Shown here one piece after another: positions 1-9,143 of a stretch of 32,000 nucleotides of DNA (its first letter is position 1; every line of letters begins with the position of its first letter). A program made the translations under genes and the position numbers. The stretch comes from Candidatus Iainarchaeum sp. GTDB lineage: Archaea; Iainarchaeota; Iainarchaeia; Iainarchaeales; CSSED10-239. The stretch covers positions 66,020 through 98,019 of the forward strand of contig JBBISB010000002.1 in assembly GCA_037441475.1 (NCBI GenBank). Reading direction: 5' to 3'. The notes under the pieces were generated by a model. It was given only the letters and a program-made list of their open reading frames with translations. It did not search any database and was not told the origin of the DNA.

Positions 1-1204
1 AATCAGTGTGAAGAATAAAAGCAAAGTCAAGAAGAGTGGATTTTTTTGGAATAACCATCTCTTGGTTTGTTTGGGTGTAGACAACTATGTAGTCTATATA
101 GGAGACATCTTTTGGTTTTGTAAGCATATTATTTTCTTTTAAGAAATTTATTAAACGAGAGTCCTTTTCTGAAAATTCAATGTTTTTATAGTGGAAATGA
201 GCAGAAACACCAAACTCAGCATTGTTATGCATATCAATGGTTCTTATCTGTATCTCAAAAGGATAACCATTAAGCATTATATTAAGATGTATTGACTGAT
301 AACCATTTTCCTTAGGATACTTTATAAAATCTCTTATCTTTACATCCTTGTTTTCAATAACCTCAAAGTTATCTTTAATAGCTTGAAGAGCTTTATAACA
401 TTCCTTTCTTGAATTGTAGATAAGTCTTAAAGCATAGATATCAAGAACCTCTAAAAGATGATTCTTTTCTTTCCTTATAAAGATCTTTTGATAAAGACTG
501 CCTGGGCTTTTGTATCTGTAATTGTAGGTTACTGGTTTATGTCCTTTATTTTTTAAAAAATTAATAACAGTTTCTTTTAAAGTATTTAATTTTTCTACAG
601 GATATTTTTTAGTTACTTCTTTATAGGTTTTATTAAAACTTTCTTTATACTTTAAAGCCATTAATTTTTCTAAAAACTCCTCTTTGAAGTTTTGCATACC
701 TAACTGGTAGGCTAAAGGAAAGATAGCTTGTTCAATAACATCTAAAAATCTTGTTTTAAATTTTTCATCTTTAATTTTAGGAAAATAATCTAAGATAACT
801 AAAGCTTCACCAAAAAGAAGAATAACAGCCTCTATCTTAAAGAAAGATTGAACAATCATTTTTTTTATTTTCTTAGGAGGGATATCATAGTTGTGTATTA
901 AATCATAAAAGTTTATAAAATAATAATCTTTAGATATCTTTCTTATAATCTTAGGAAAACCTGCACTCTTAATGTTTATTTCATATTTATAAGGGTTGTA
1001 AAGAACAGCAGTGATTATTATGTTTTCATCATAAACATTTAGTTTTTTTGCAATAGCTAAAGAATACTCTATTAAAGGGATGTTTTTGAAAACATACTCA
1101 GAAGAATAATTGTTTTTAGAGATAGAGTAGGCTTTCTTAATATTTGAAGTGTACTCTTTTATAAGAGATGAATATTCTTTTAAAAAACTTTTTTTAATAA
1201 CCAT
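1..1204 (-). CDS. RelA/SpoT homolog, a (p)ppGpp synthetase of the long form. It has a degenerate N-terminal HD region, an intact synthetase domain and the start of a TGS domain. The 3' end runs off the left edge.
   Basis: Absent from the supplied ORF track because there is no stop inside the window. My translation of the minus strand from ATG (1204..1202) stays open down to position 2. Synthetase motifs RxKxxxSxxxK, YxSxH and EIQIRT..MH..AE are present: YRYKSPGSLYQKI, DIYALRLI, ENGYQSIHLNI, PFEIQIRTIDMHNNAEFGVSAHFHYK. A TGS-like stretch follows: VVYTQTNQEMVIPKKSTLLDFAFILHTD. The expected HD-hydrolase positions read IPLIEY and VLYN instead of HP and HD. Confidence 0.85.
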   Translation of the reverse strand, partial: MVIKKSFLKEYSSLIKEYTSNIKKAYSISKNNYSSEYVFKNIPLIEYSLAIAKKLNVYDENIIITAVLYNPYKYEINIKSAGFPKIIRKISKDYYFINFYDLIHNYDIPPKKIKKMIVQSFFKIEAVILLFGEALVILDYFPKIKDEKFKTRFLDVIEQAIFPLAYQLGMQNFKEEFLEKLMALKYKESFNKTYKEVTKKYPVEKLNTLKETVINFLKNKGHKPVTYNYRYKSPGSLYQKIFIRKEKNHLLEVLDIYALRLIYNSRKECYKALQAIKDNFEVIENKDVKIRDFIKYPKENGYQSIHLNIMLNGYPFEIQIRTIDMHNNAEFGVSAHFHYKNIEFSEKDSRLINFLKENNMLTKPKDVSYIDYIVVYTQTNQEMVIPKKSTLLDFAFILHTD

Positions 1205-1315
1205 TTAATATCACTGTGTTTTTTTACCTTTCTGTAACGTTTTTTGTACTTTCGTATTATTTTTTGTCCTTTGGTATTATTTAATCTTCTTGTTTTTTTT
1301 ATTTTTAAAAAAAAA

Positions 1316-4183
1316 CTATTCCACTAAGAAACCTATCTTACCAGGAGTTGCACTCTTTGCTTTTTCATTTAAAGACTCTTCTGCCTTAACTATTAAAACC
1401 TCAGTTTCAAAGGTATTAGAGATGAAATCCTTTATTGAGGTTAAAAAAACCATATCCTCCTCTTGAGATTTTATGTTTTCCTTTAAAAGAGGTTGCTTTA
1501 TAAGCTTTGTAATGGTTTTAGAAACTTCTTCTTTTTCCTCAGAATACTTAGACATATATTTAGAAATCAGTTGTCCAACATTTCTTGAAACATCTAAATC
1601 AACTAAAACTTCTTGATAAAATAAATATTTCCAAGATGCAGAAACAATTAAGGTTATTTTATTTATTTTCTCAAGACCTGAAAGCTTAATAACATTTCTT
1701 AAATCTGAAACCATCTTTTCAACATTCTTTTCCTTATCATCAAGAGAAAGATTTATCTTTTCAATATCAACTATAGGGAAGCTTTGTTTTGCTACAAGAG
1801 TATTTTCTAAAACTAAGCTGTTAAGCTCTTCTGCTACATGAGGAGTAAACAAACCCATTGTTAAGATCCATTTTTTAAGTAAAGAAAAAATTAATTTTTT
1901 ATTGTTTCCACCTCTTCTTAAATACCATGAAAAGTCATTATGGAAATTAAAATAAACTTCATCAGTTGCAGCCTTAAACTCTATTTTTTCCATAGCCTCT
2001 ATAACTGTTCTAAGTCTTAAGTTAAACTTAGATTCAAACCAGCGGTCAAGCTCAGTTTCATTTGCATCTTCCTTAAAATCATTTGAAGAAATAATATTTT
2101 CTATAAAGGAAAAGATTCTTTCAAGTCTTTGCTTATATGTTTTTAAATCATCTTCCTCAAAGGAGATATCCACAAATGGACTTGCTACATTTGCATAGAA
2201 AAGTCTAATTGCATCTATTGAGTATTTTTCGGCCTCAGAGCCAATTGAACCTACACCACCCTTTGATTTTGAAATTTTTCCAGAACTTGAAACAACCCAC
2301 CAGTTAACAAAGATACCTTGTGGGTAATATTTTTTATCTAAGATACCTACATGGTTCATTAAAAAGGTAGGAAAATGAACTGTTTGGTGTTCCTTACCGC
2401 CTAAGTTAATATCTAAAGGATACCAGTAAGAGACATCTTTTTTAATTTCCTCAACTAAAAGTTTATCTAAAGAAGTTTCTTTTATAACATTCTCTAAAGA
2501 ACCTTTGTTTAAGAAAATATAATCAAAGAACGCTTCTGTTAATTGTTCAGTTTTTATTTTACCTTGGTTTACATAAAGAGAAACAAGGTAATAGATAGGG
2601 TAAAGAGTACTATCTGAAATTGGTTCAACTGTGTAAGAGGAATCAAATGGAAGCTTTGTTCCAAGCCAGGTTCCTTGTCTTGCACATGCTCTATCATCAA
2701 ACCAGTTTAGAATATTTGAAAGATTCTTTTTAAAAGAATCAGGCAAAATAAGCATGTTCTTTGTATACTCAATTGTTTTTTCTGTTAAATCCTTGTCTGA
2801 ATATTTAATAAACCATTGTCCATCTATTCTTTTAATTACAACTGGAGAAGAGCATCTACAAAGAACCTCTTCTGATAAATCATAGAAGATGAATGCATTT
2901 TTTTCTTCAAGCATCCTTTCTTTTATTTTTTCTTTTGCAATTTCAACTTTCATGCCCTTATATTCATTACAGGTTTCTGTCATAACCCCTGTATGGTAAC
3001 CTTTCTTGTAAACTTCTTTTTTAGCTTCCTCTAATTTTTCTGTATCCTTTTGAGAAGCAATCTTCATTCTCTCACAAATCTCAACTGCAGGAAAATCTCC
3101 AAAATCTTTTGATTTAATTATTGGTATTAACTTAATATTTTTAATAGTCTCATAATCAAGAGAGTATTTATCACACTCTTCCTTTGATCTTTGCAAGTCA
3201 TAAAGACCCATCCAGTCAGCAGGCGCATCAGAAGGAACAGAGGTGACTATGCCTGTACCTATCTTAGGGTCACAAAAGGAAGATGGAAGAATAATTATTT
3301 TTCTATCTATAATTGGTGGTTTTACATATTTACCTAAAAGATCCTTACCTTTTATTTTTTCATCAAGAAGAGAAGTATTATCTATTTGGTATTTTATTTT
3401 TTCATAAAAATCTTTTGATGCAATCCAGGTTTCATTTTCATACTTTATCTTAACATACTCTTCCTCTGCTGAAAGCCAGATGTTTGTTTGACCGTAAACA
3501 GTCTCTGGTCTTAGGGTTGCAACTAAGATATATTGATTTTCTTTTTCAAAATTAAGTTTAATGATTGTAAACTCTTGTTTTTCTGCATTTCCACCTTTTG
3601 ATAAATCCATCTCTGAAGGATCAACTGCAACTGGACCACACTTTACACAAGCTGTTGCAAAGTAAGGCTTTTGTACAAGTAAGTCTTTTTCTTTTAGTTT
3701 CTTAAACTGCCATTCTATAAACTTTTGATAATCAGGGTAGGTTGTAACTGTAAATCTTCTAAAGTCACCTAGAAAGCCATAGGAGTTATAATCTCTAACA
3801 TACATTTCAGAAAAGAAATTAACAAAGCCATCTGGAGTGGATATTTTATTTAAGTTATCATTTGTTAAGCCTTTACTTTTGTAATAATCAACAGTCTCTT
3901 TATCATTCTCTTTTACTTTTTGTGCTTTAGAAACAGCTCCGTTTCCTGAAGCATGCCCTCCAGCAGCAAGTAAAACATTAAAACCATTCATTCTTTTAAA
4001 CCTACAGATAGCATCAGCATAAGAGTATCCTCTCATATGCCCTACATGATGAAAGCCTGAGACAGTTAAGTAAGCCCATATTAAAAAGAACTTTGGTTTA
4101 GTTTCATCTCTTGTAGCAGAGCCTATGTTTTCCTCTTGCCATTTATCTTGCCATTTTTTTTCAAAGTCTGTATAGTTGTACAT
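1316..4183 (-). CDS. leuS: Leucyl-tRNA synthetase, archaeal/eukaryal type
   Basis: 955-aa ORF. HIGH-type motif HHVGHMRGY and KMSKS-type motif KISKSKG are present. FIEWQFKKLKEKDLLV and the large inserted editing region match the archaeal-type LeuRS layout. Stop codon is TAG. Confidence 0.95.
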   Translation of the reverse strand: MYNYTDFEKKWQDKWQEENIGSATRDETKPKFFLIWAYLTVSGFHHVGHMRGYSYADAICRFKRMNGFNVLLAAGGHASGNGAVSKAQKVKENDKETVDYYKSKGLTNDNLNKISTPDGFVNFFSEMYVRDYNSYGFLGDFRRFTVTTYPDYQKFIEWQFKKLKEKDLLVQKPYFATACVKCGPVAVDPSEMDLSKGGNAEKQEFTIIKLNFEKENQYILVATLRPETVYGQTNIWLSAEEEYVKIKYENETWIASKDFYEKIKYQIDNTSLLDEKIKGKDLLGKYVKPPIIDRKIIILPSSFCDPKIGTGIVTSVPSDAPADWMGLYDLQRSKEECDKYSLDYETIKNIKLIPIIKSKDFGDFPAVEICERMKIASQKDTEKLEEAKKEVYKKGYHTGVMTETCNEYKGMKVEIAKEKIKERMLEEKNAFIFYDLSEEVLCRCSSPVVIKRIDGQWFIKYSDKDLTEKTIEYTKNMLILPDSFKKNLSNILNWFDDRACARQGTWLGTKLPFDSSYTVEPISDSTLYPIYYLVSLYVNQGKIKTEQLTEAFFDYIFLNKGSLENVIKETSLDKLLVEEIKKDVSYWYPLDINLGGKEHQTVHFPTFLMNHVGILDKKYYPQGIFVNWWVVSSSGKISKSKGGVGSIGSEAEKYSIDAIRLFYANVASPFVDISFEEDDLKTYKQRLERIFSFIENIISSNDFKEDANETELDRWFESKFNLRLRTVIEAMEKIEFKAATDEVYFNFHNDFSWYLRRGGNNKKLIFSLLKKWILTMGLFTPHVAEELNSLVLENTLVAKQSFPIVDIEKINLSLDDKEKNVEKMVSDLRNVIKLSGLEKINKITLIVSASWKYLFYQEVLVDLDVSRNVGQLISKYMSKYSEEKEEVSKTITKLIKQPLLKENIKSQEEDMVFLTSIKDFISNTFETEVLIVKAEESLNEKAKSATPGKIGFLVE

Positions 4184-4259
4184 ATTTTATCTTTTTCTAT
4201 TATATTTTAGTATATAATATAAGTATAGAAACGTTTATAAAAACTCAAGAAAAACAAAA

Positions 4260-5075
4260 CTACTTAACTCTTTCAACAAAAAGATAAACATCAGGAAGAT
4301 CAGGGGTTCTTTTCTTATACTCTAAAGGAAGATATGAAAAATCTGCTCTAAAACCTCTTTTTTCAAGACCACTAATAACTTGTGATCTATGCTCTTTACC
4401 CATACTTGTCTTTAATAGAAAAGTATTGAAACTAAAGATAGCAAGACCACCTTTGTTTAAGGAATAAAGATACTTAAGTAAAACCTCTCTTTGTAAAGAG
4501 GTCTGTGTGTAATGAAAACCACCATAAACAGAAAGAATTAAATCATATTTTCTTTCTGGCATGAAATTTAAGACATTACCTATTTTCTTAAAATCAATAT
4601 TTTTTGCAACCACACTTCTAGTTAAAGAAACTGCTGTTGTTTTTAGATCAGCAGAAACTAATTTTCTTTCTTTTAAAGAATTCCATTTTTCTTTAAGTTC
4701 TGATAAAAAAGTGCCTTTTCCAGCACCATCATCTAAAACATTTATTTCTTTTTTTTTATATTTTCTTTCAAAAGCACTTAAAGTAGATATAATATCTCTT
4801 TTAAAAACAGAGCTATTTTCTAATATACTACTGGTTATTATTTTTTTAAAAATAAAATTATAATCATCATATTTTCTATTTAAGATGTATCTTCCAGACT
4901 TATCACTTTCTTTTAATTTCTTTTCAGAAACTTTTAATCTTGCTAGAATATCTTTATCTTTTAGTTTTTTAAAAATTAGATCTTTTTGTAAAGACACCAT
5001 ACCATTTGCTTTTTCTTTAAGAGAAACCGGTTTCTTTGAAAATTTAGTTAATTTAGAAGGAGTTTTTTTAACCAT
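4260..5075 (-). CDS. Class I SAM-dependent methyltransferase of unknown substrate, downstream member of a tandem paralog pair
   Basis: 271 aa. Motif I is VLDDGAGKGTFL, with post-I and later motifs DLILSVYGGFHY and LNKGGLAIFSF. It aligns along its whole length with 5068..5853 (KEKANGMVSLQKDLI vs KEKPNGMVALQKELI). Its start overlaps the upstream stop by 8 nt. Confidence 0.7.
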   Translation of the reverse strand: MVKKTPSKLTKFSKKPVSLKEKANGMVSLQKDLIFKKLKDKDILARLKVSEKKLKESDKSGRYILNRKYDDYNFIFKKIITSSILENSSVFKRDIISTLSAFERKYKKKEINVLDDGAGKGTFLSELKEKWNSLKERKLVSADLKTTAVSLTRSVVAKNIDFKKIGNVLNFMPERKYDLILSVYGGFHYTQTSLQREVLLKYLYSLNKGGLAIFSFNTFLLKTSMGKEHRSQVISGLEKRGFRADFSYLPLEYKKRTPDLPDVYLFVERVK

Positions 5076-5853
5076 CTAAGAATAACTTTACCCTCTCAAT
5101 AACCAAATAATTACTAGGCAGTTTTTCAAAAATATTTTTTTTTATACTCATTAAATCTGCTTTAAAACCTCTTTTTTCAAAAGCATTCTGAATAGATGTT
5201 ATCTTTGGAGGAAGAGTATATTCAATACCAAAGATTCCCACACCACCTTTGTTTAAAGCATAACAATATTTAAGTAAAACTTCTTTTTGTAATTCTGGAA
5301 TAGTATACTCAAAACCACCAAAAACAGAAATAATCAGATCATATTTTTTTGTAGGCAAAAAATTAGCGACATTTCCTCTTTTTATTTCATCAATATTTTT
5401 TGAAATAATTGTTTTTGAACTTAATGTAACTGCAGTAGTTTTTAAAGAAGCCTTAACTTTTCCTTCTTTTTTTAGTGCATTCCATTTTTCTTTAAGTTCA
5501 GCTAAAAAATAACCTTTTCCTGCACCATCATCTAATAAACTTATTTTCTTCTTTTTGTGCCTATATGCCATTACTCTTAAAGTATGTACTACATCTCTTT
5601 TTAAAATTTTATGAGAAGAAAATAATCTATTAAAAATAGTATTATAACTTGCATAATTTCTATCAAGAACATACCCTGAAGTCCTGTTCTTTGAACGATT
5701 ATAAGCTTCTTGCTCAAAATAAGAATATCTTATTTTATCTTGTTTTAATTTTTTTTTAATAAGTTCTTTTTGTAAAGCAACCATGCCGTTTGGTTTTTCT
5801 TTAGATGAATTTACGTTAAAAAAATTACTTACTTTAGAAAATAATTTTTTCAT
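5068..5853 (-). CDS. Class I SAM-dependent methyltransferase of unknown substrate, upstream member of a tandem paralog pair
   Basis: 261 aa. Motif I is LLDDGAGKGYFL, followed by DLIISVFGGFEY and LNKGGVGIFG. It is a paralog of 4260..5075. Confidence 0.7.
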   Translation of the reverse strand: MKKLFSKVSNFFNVNSSKEKPNGMVALQKELIKKKLKQDKIRYSYFEQEAYNRSKNRTSGYVLDRNYASYNTIFNRLFSSHKILKRDVVHTLRVMAYRHKKKKISLLDDGAGKGYFLAELKEKWNALKKEGKVKASLKTTAVTLSSKTIISKNIDEIKRGNVANFLPTKKYDLIISVFGGFEYTIPELQKEVLLKYCYALNKGGVGIFGIEYTLPPKITSIQNAFEKRGFKADLMSIKKNIFEKLPSNYLVIERVKLFLDG

Positions 5854-5879
5854 ATTTTAAAATCCCCTATACAAAATAA

Positions 5880-6662
5880 TTATTCTCCACCAAATATATT
5901 TGCCATAGCATCATAGCTTGCTCTAAACCTTGAATAAAGTTCATTAAAGTTATTTAGCATAGTTGCATTCAATCTTCCTTCAATACCAGAAACAGAATCG
6001 TTTAAAGAAATATTAAAATCTTGAACTTCTTGATTTAAGTTATATATTTCAGTCATAACATTGTTATCAATGTATGTTTGGATACCATAAACCCTCATGT
6101 CAACAGAATTAATCTGTGCCCTTACATTTGCATCCAAGGCATTTATCTTAGCAACTAAATCATCATACTGTGCTCTCTGTGATTGAGACATTTCAACAAT
6201 TAAGTTAAGACCAGGAGAAACATGGAAGGAATAAGAGATGTTTAAGGTTCTTGGAGTATTGTTTCTTACAACAGTACATCTTATATGCTCTTCATATATA
6301 CCAGGAGTTTGAGGGGTTATAAAGGCATGATAGTAGTTACCAGGAATTGTGGTTGGAATCATTGGAACATCTATTAAAAAGAAAGACTTATCAGGGAAAA
6401 GAAGAGAAAGAATACAGTTTGCATCTGTAATAGGCACACTTCTTGAATCTTCTAAACGAACAATTACTTGTCCTTGCTCACCAGAGATATACTCTGTTCC
6501 AGATACCATTCTAATACCAGGTTCTGCAGTTTTTTCTCTTATAAAGAATATTAAAAAAATAATTAAGCCAATAACTAATAAAGCTATGACTATGTAAAGG
6601 ATAGTTCTTTTATTTAAACTAGAAAATGAACTAAAATTATGATGTCTGAAACCTTTTTCCAT
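5880..6662 (-). CDS. N-terminally membrane-anchored surface protein, short paralog of 6753..8993
   Basis: 260 aa with one N-terminal TM helix (ILYIVIALLVIGLIIFLIFFI). The following domain (QVIVRLEDSRSVPITDANCILSLLFPDKSFFLIDVPMIPTTIPGNYYHAFITPQTPGIYEEHIRC) aligns with STIVRLSDYKGNPYPIDECKVTILYPDKTVFVNNQPMAPSNIAGNWYRTDYLGSAPLGTYEQEVTC of the neighbouring gene. The C-terminal part is helical and N/D/Q-rich. Confidence 0.6.
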   Translation of the reverse strand: MEKGFRHHNFSSFSSLNKRTILYIVIALLVIGLIIFLIFFIREKTAEPGIRMVSGTEYISGEQGQVIVRLEDSRSVPITDANCILSLLFPDKSFFLIDVPMIPTTIPGNYYHAFITPQTPGIYEEHIRCTVVRNNTPRTLNISYSFHVSPGLNLIVEMSQSQRAQYDDLVAKINALDANVRAQINSVDMRVYGIQTYIDNNVMTEIYNLNQEVQDFNISLNDSVSGIEGRLNATMLNNFNELYSRFRASYDAMANIFGGE

Positions 6663-6696
6663 TGTTTTACTCTTTTTTATTTTTTTATAAAAAAAT

Positions 6697-6717
6697 AAAA
6701 GAAAGCTTCTTTCTTTT
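6697..6717. terminator. Perfect 9-bp stem, 3-nt loop hairpin in a T/A-run context between the two surface-protein paralogs
   Basis: aaaagaaag-ctt-ctttctttt. The two arms are exact reverse complements. The hairpin lies 36 nt downstream of the 6753 stop (minus strand) and 35 nt upstream of the 6662 start. Confidence 0.4.
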
Positions 6718-6752
6718 AAAGAAAGAAACTTGTTATAACATTTTTAAAAAAT

Positions 6753-8993
6753 CTAAGAAATTATTCTTATATGTATTTCAGATTCTTGATTTTCTAAAAT
6801 CTTGTGAACAGTTGCATTGATGTCTGTTGTTTGTGCTTTAATGATACCAATATCTGTTAAAAGAGAATCAATCTTTGTTGTTATATCTCCACTTAAAAGA
6901 TTCCATGTGTTAAGTGTAGTTTGATTAATTTCTTCTATCTTTTGTGCATGTGTTGTATCCATAATAGCTACTGCTGTCTTAATGTTGTATACTTCTTGAC
7001 ATAATGGGCTATTATTTGTATCTTGATTTCCACAAAAGTTTTCAACTAATGCAAGGTTGTTATCAACAGATGTAAATCTATTTCTGATCTCTTGCATGTC
7101 TTCTTGGTTAATTGCATTTGAAACAAGCCATGTGGTGTCTGCTTTAACAGCATCTAACTGTGAAGTTAAGTTAGCTAAAAGTTCATCCATTTGAACATCT
7201 ATGTTTCCAATAACTAAACTTGTAATTAAGTTAGATAATGACTCATTAACATCTGTTATCTGTGTTTGGATAGTTTGACCTGTTGAAACTATTGTTCCGT
7301 TTACAGAAACCTCTAAGTTATTAAGTCTTGAAGCTAAAAACTCATTTGAATCCATGAAGCTTTGTGCAATCAATGCATTTGTGTTATTAAATTGATTTGT
7401 AATCTCACTTGCTAAATTAACATTAACAGTGTTTAAAAGATTTGTTAAAGAGGTTGTAGAGGTATTGATTTTTGTATTAATTGATTCTCCAGTCTCTGTA
7501 ACTGTTGCTGTTAATGATAAACTAACATTTGTAAGTTGAGATGAAAGTTCAGCAAATTTCAAATCTATTTTGGTTGAAAGATCATTGTTAACTGTGTTTA
7601 AAAGATTTGTTAAAGAGGTGGTGGAAGCAGTGATGTTTGTATTAATCTCTTCTCCTGTCTCTTCTAATTTAGCATTTAAATTAAGTTCTAAGTTTGTTAA
7701 AACACCAAATAACTCTTCAAACTTAAGATCTATTTTACTTGAAAGATCATTGTTAACTGTGTTTAAAAGATTTGTTAAAGAGGTAGTAGAAGAAGTGATG
7801 TTTGTATTAATCTCTTCTCCTGTTTCTTCAAGTTTAGCATTTAAACTTATATTAACATTTGATAAGTTTGTTTGAGAGGTGTTAAAGTCAGATGCAAGTT
7901 GACTTAATAAATCAGCATTAACTGTATTTAAAAGGTTTGTTAAGTTTGTTGTAGAGGTTGTAATATTTGTATTTATTGTCTCTCCAGTAGAAATAACAGT
8001 ACCTGTTAAGTTAAGGCTTACATCATTTAAGTTTGCTGAAACTGCATTGAAATCTGTTTGAAGTTGATCTAAGATACTAGCATTTACAGAACCTAAAAGA
8101 TTTGTTAAGTTTGTGTTTGTGTTTGTTATATTTGTATTAATTGTTTCTCCTGTTGTTAAAACAGTAGCTGTTAAGTTTAAACTTACATCATTTAAATTTG
8201 CATTTAAAGAATTAAAGTCAGTTGATAATTGATTTAAAAGACCGTTATTAATGTTTGTTAAAAGACCAGATAAGTTTGTATTAACATTTGTTAAACTTGT
8301 CTGTATTGCTTCTCCAGTTGCTGCAACTGTTCCTGTAACAGAAACATTAACATTTGTTAAGTCTGTCTGAAGTGTTGAAACACCTTCTTGTAATTGAGAA
8401 GAAAGTCTTCCATTAACATCGTTTAATAAATCGTTTAAAGAAGTATTCATGTTTGTTATATTTGTTGTAATTGTCTCACCAGTAGATGCAAGTTGACCTG
8501 TAACTGTAACATTAACATCTGCAAGTTTTAAGTCTAAGTTATCAGACTTGTTTGTTAAAACACTTATTTGTTCAAGTGCTGGATTTAAGTGGAAGGATTG
8601 TGAACTTTTAACCTCATTTGCCCCTCTTTTACAAGTTACTTCTTGTTCATAAGTTCCAAGAGGGGCTGATCCTAAATAATCTGTTCTATACCAGTTACCT
8701 GCTATGTTAGAAGGTGCCATTGGCTGGTTGTTTACAAAAACAGTTTTGTCTGGGTAAAGAATTGTTACTTTACATTCATCTATAGGGTATGGATTTCCCT
8801 TATAATCAGATAATCTTACAATAGTTGAACCATAATCATCTCTCCAGTATTCAGTGTGGGATACCCAAGAGAAGATTATTTCATTATCAACAACTGTTTT
8901 TCCATTAACATACGCTGTTGCTAAAAAAGCAATACCTATGAGAAGAATTCCTAGGACTGCTAATAATATTTTTGATTTTTTATTTTTTAACAT
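6753..8993 (-). CDS. Large N-anchored surface protein with a beta-rich membrane-proximal domain, about 8 tandem 55-aa helical repeats and a Cys-containing C-terminal region
   Basis: 746 aa with an N-terminal TM helix (ILLAVLGILLIGIAFLATAYV). The motif TGE[TAES]I.T.I...T.L..LL..VN recurs at aa 171, 226, 281, 336, 391, 446 and 501 (exact 55-aa spacing) and at 571. The protein is extremely N/T/S/L-rich, with many N-x-S/T sequons. Confidence 0.8.
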   Translation of the reverse strand: MLKNKKSKILLAVLGILLIGIAFLATAYVNGKTVVDNEIIFSWVSHTEYWRDDYGSTIVRLSDYKGNPYPIDECKVTILYPDKTVFVNNQPMAPSNIAGNWYRTDYLGSAPLGTYEQEVTCKRGANEVKSSQSFHLNPALEQISVLTNKSDNLDLKLADVNVTVTGQLASTGETITTNITNMNTSLNDLLNDVNGRLSSQLQEGVSTLQTDLTNVNVSVTGTVAATGEAIQTSLTNVNTNLSGLLTNINNGLLNQLSTDFNSLNANLNDVSLNLTATVLTTGETINTNITNTNTNLTNLLGSVNASILDQLQTDFNAVSANLNDVSLNLTGTVISTGETINTNITTSTTNLTNLLNTVNADLLSQLASDFNTSQTNLSNVNISLNAKLEETGEEINTNITSSTTSLTNLLNTVNNDLSSKIDLKFEELFGVLTNLELNLNAKLEETGEEINTNITASTTSLTNLLNTVNNDLSTKIDLKFAELSSQLTNVSLSLTATVTETGESINTKINTSTTSLTNLLNTVNVNLASEITNQFNNTNALIAQSFMDSNEFLASRLNNLEVSVNGTIVSTGQTIQTQITDVNESLSNLITSLVIGNIDVQMDELLANLTSQLDAVKADTTWLVSNAINQEDMQEIRNRFTSVDNNLALVENFCGNQDTNNSPLCQEVYNIKTAVAIMDTTHAQKIEEINQTTLNTWNLLSGDITTKIDSLLTDIGIIKAQTTDINATVHKILENQESEIHIRIIS
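7134..8531 (-). repeat. Tandem 165-bp (55-codon) intragenic repeats
   Basis: The period comes from the protein motif spacing. It is confirmed at DNA level: 7576..7685 and 7741..7850 are nearly identical (gaaagatcattgttaactgtgtttaaaagatttgttaaagaggt...). The plus-strand shadow ORF 7570..7875 shows the same 55-aa self-repeat. Confidence 0.85.
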
Positions 8994-9143
8994 AATTAAT
9001 CTAACCTCACGTTTTTCTAAAAAATTTAATAAACAAGTAAGCAGTTATGTAGCTGTAAGATTATAACTTGTTTATAAAATTAAATATACTATTATATGTT
9101 GTATGTTATATTTATAAACATTTCCTTTTAAAAAAACTTTAAA

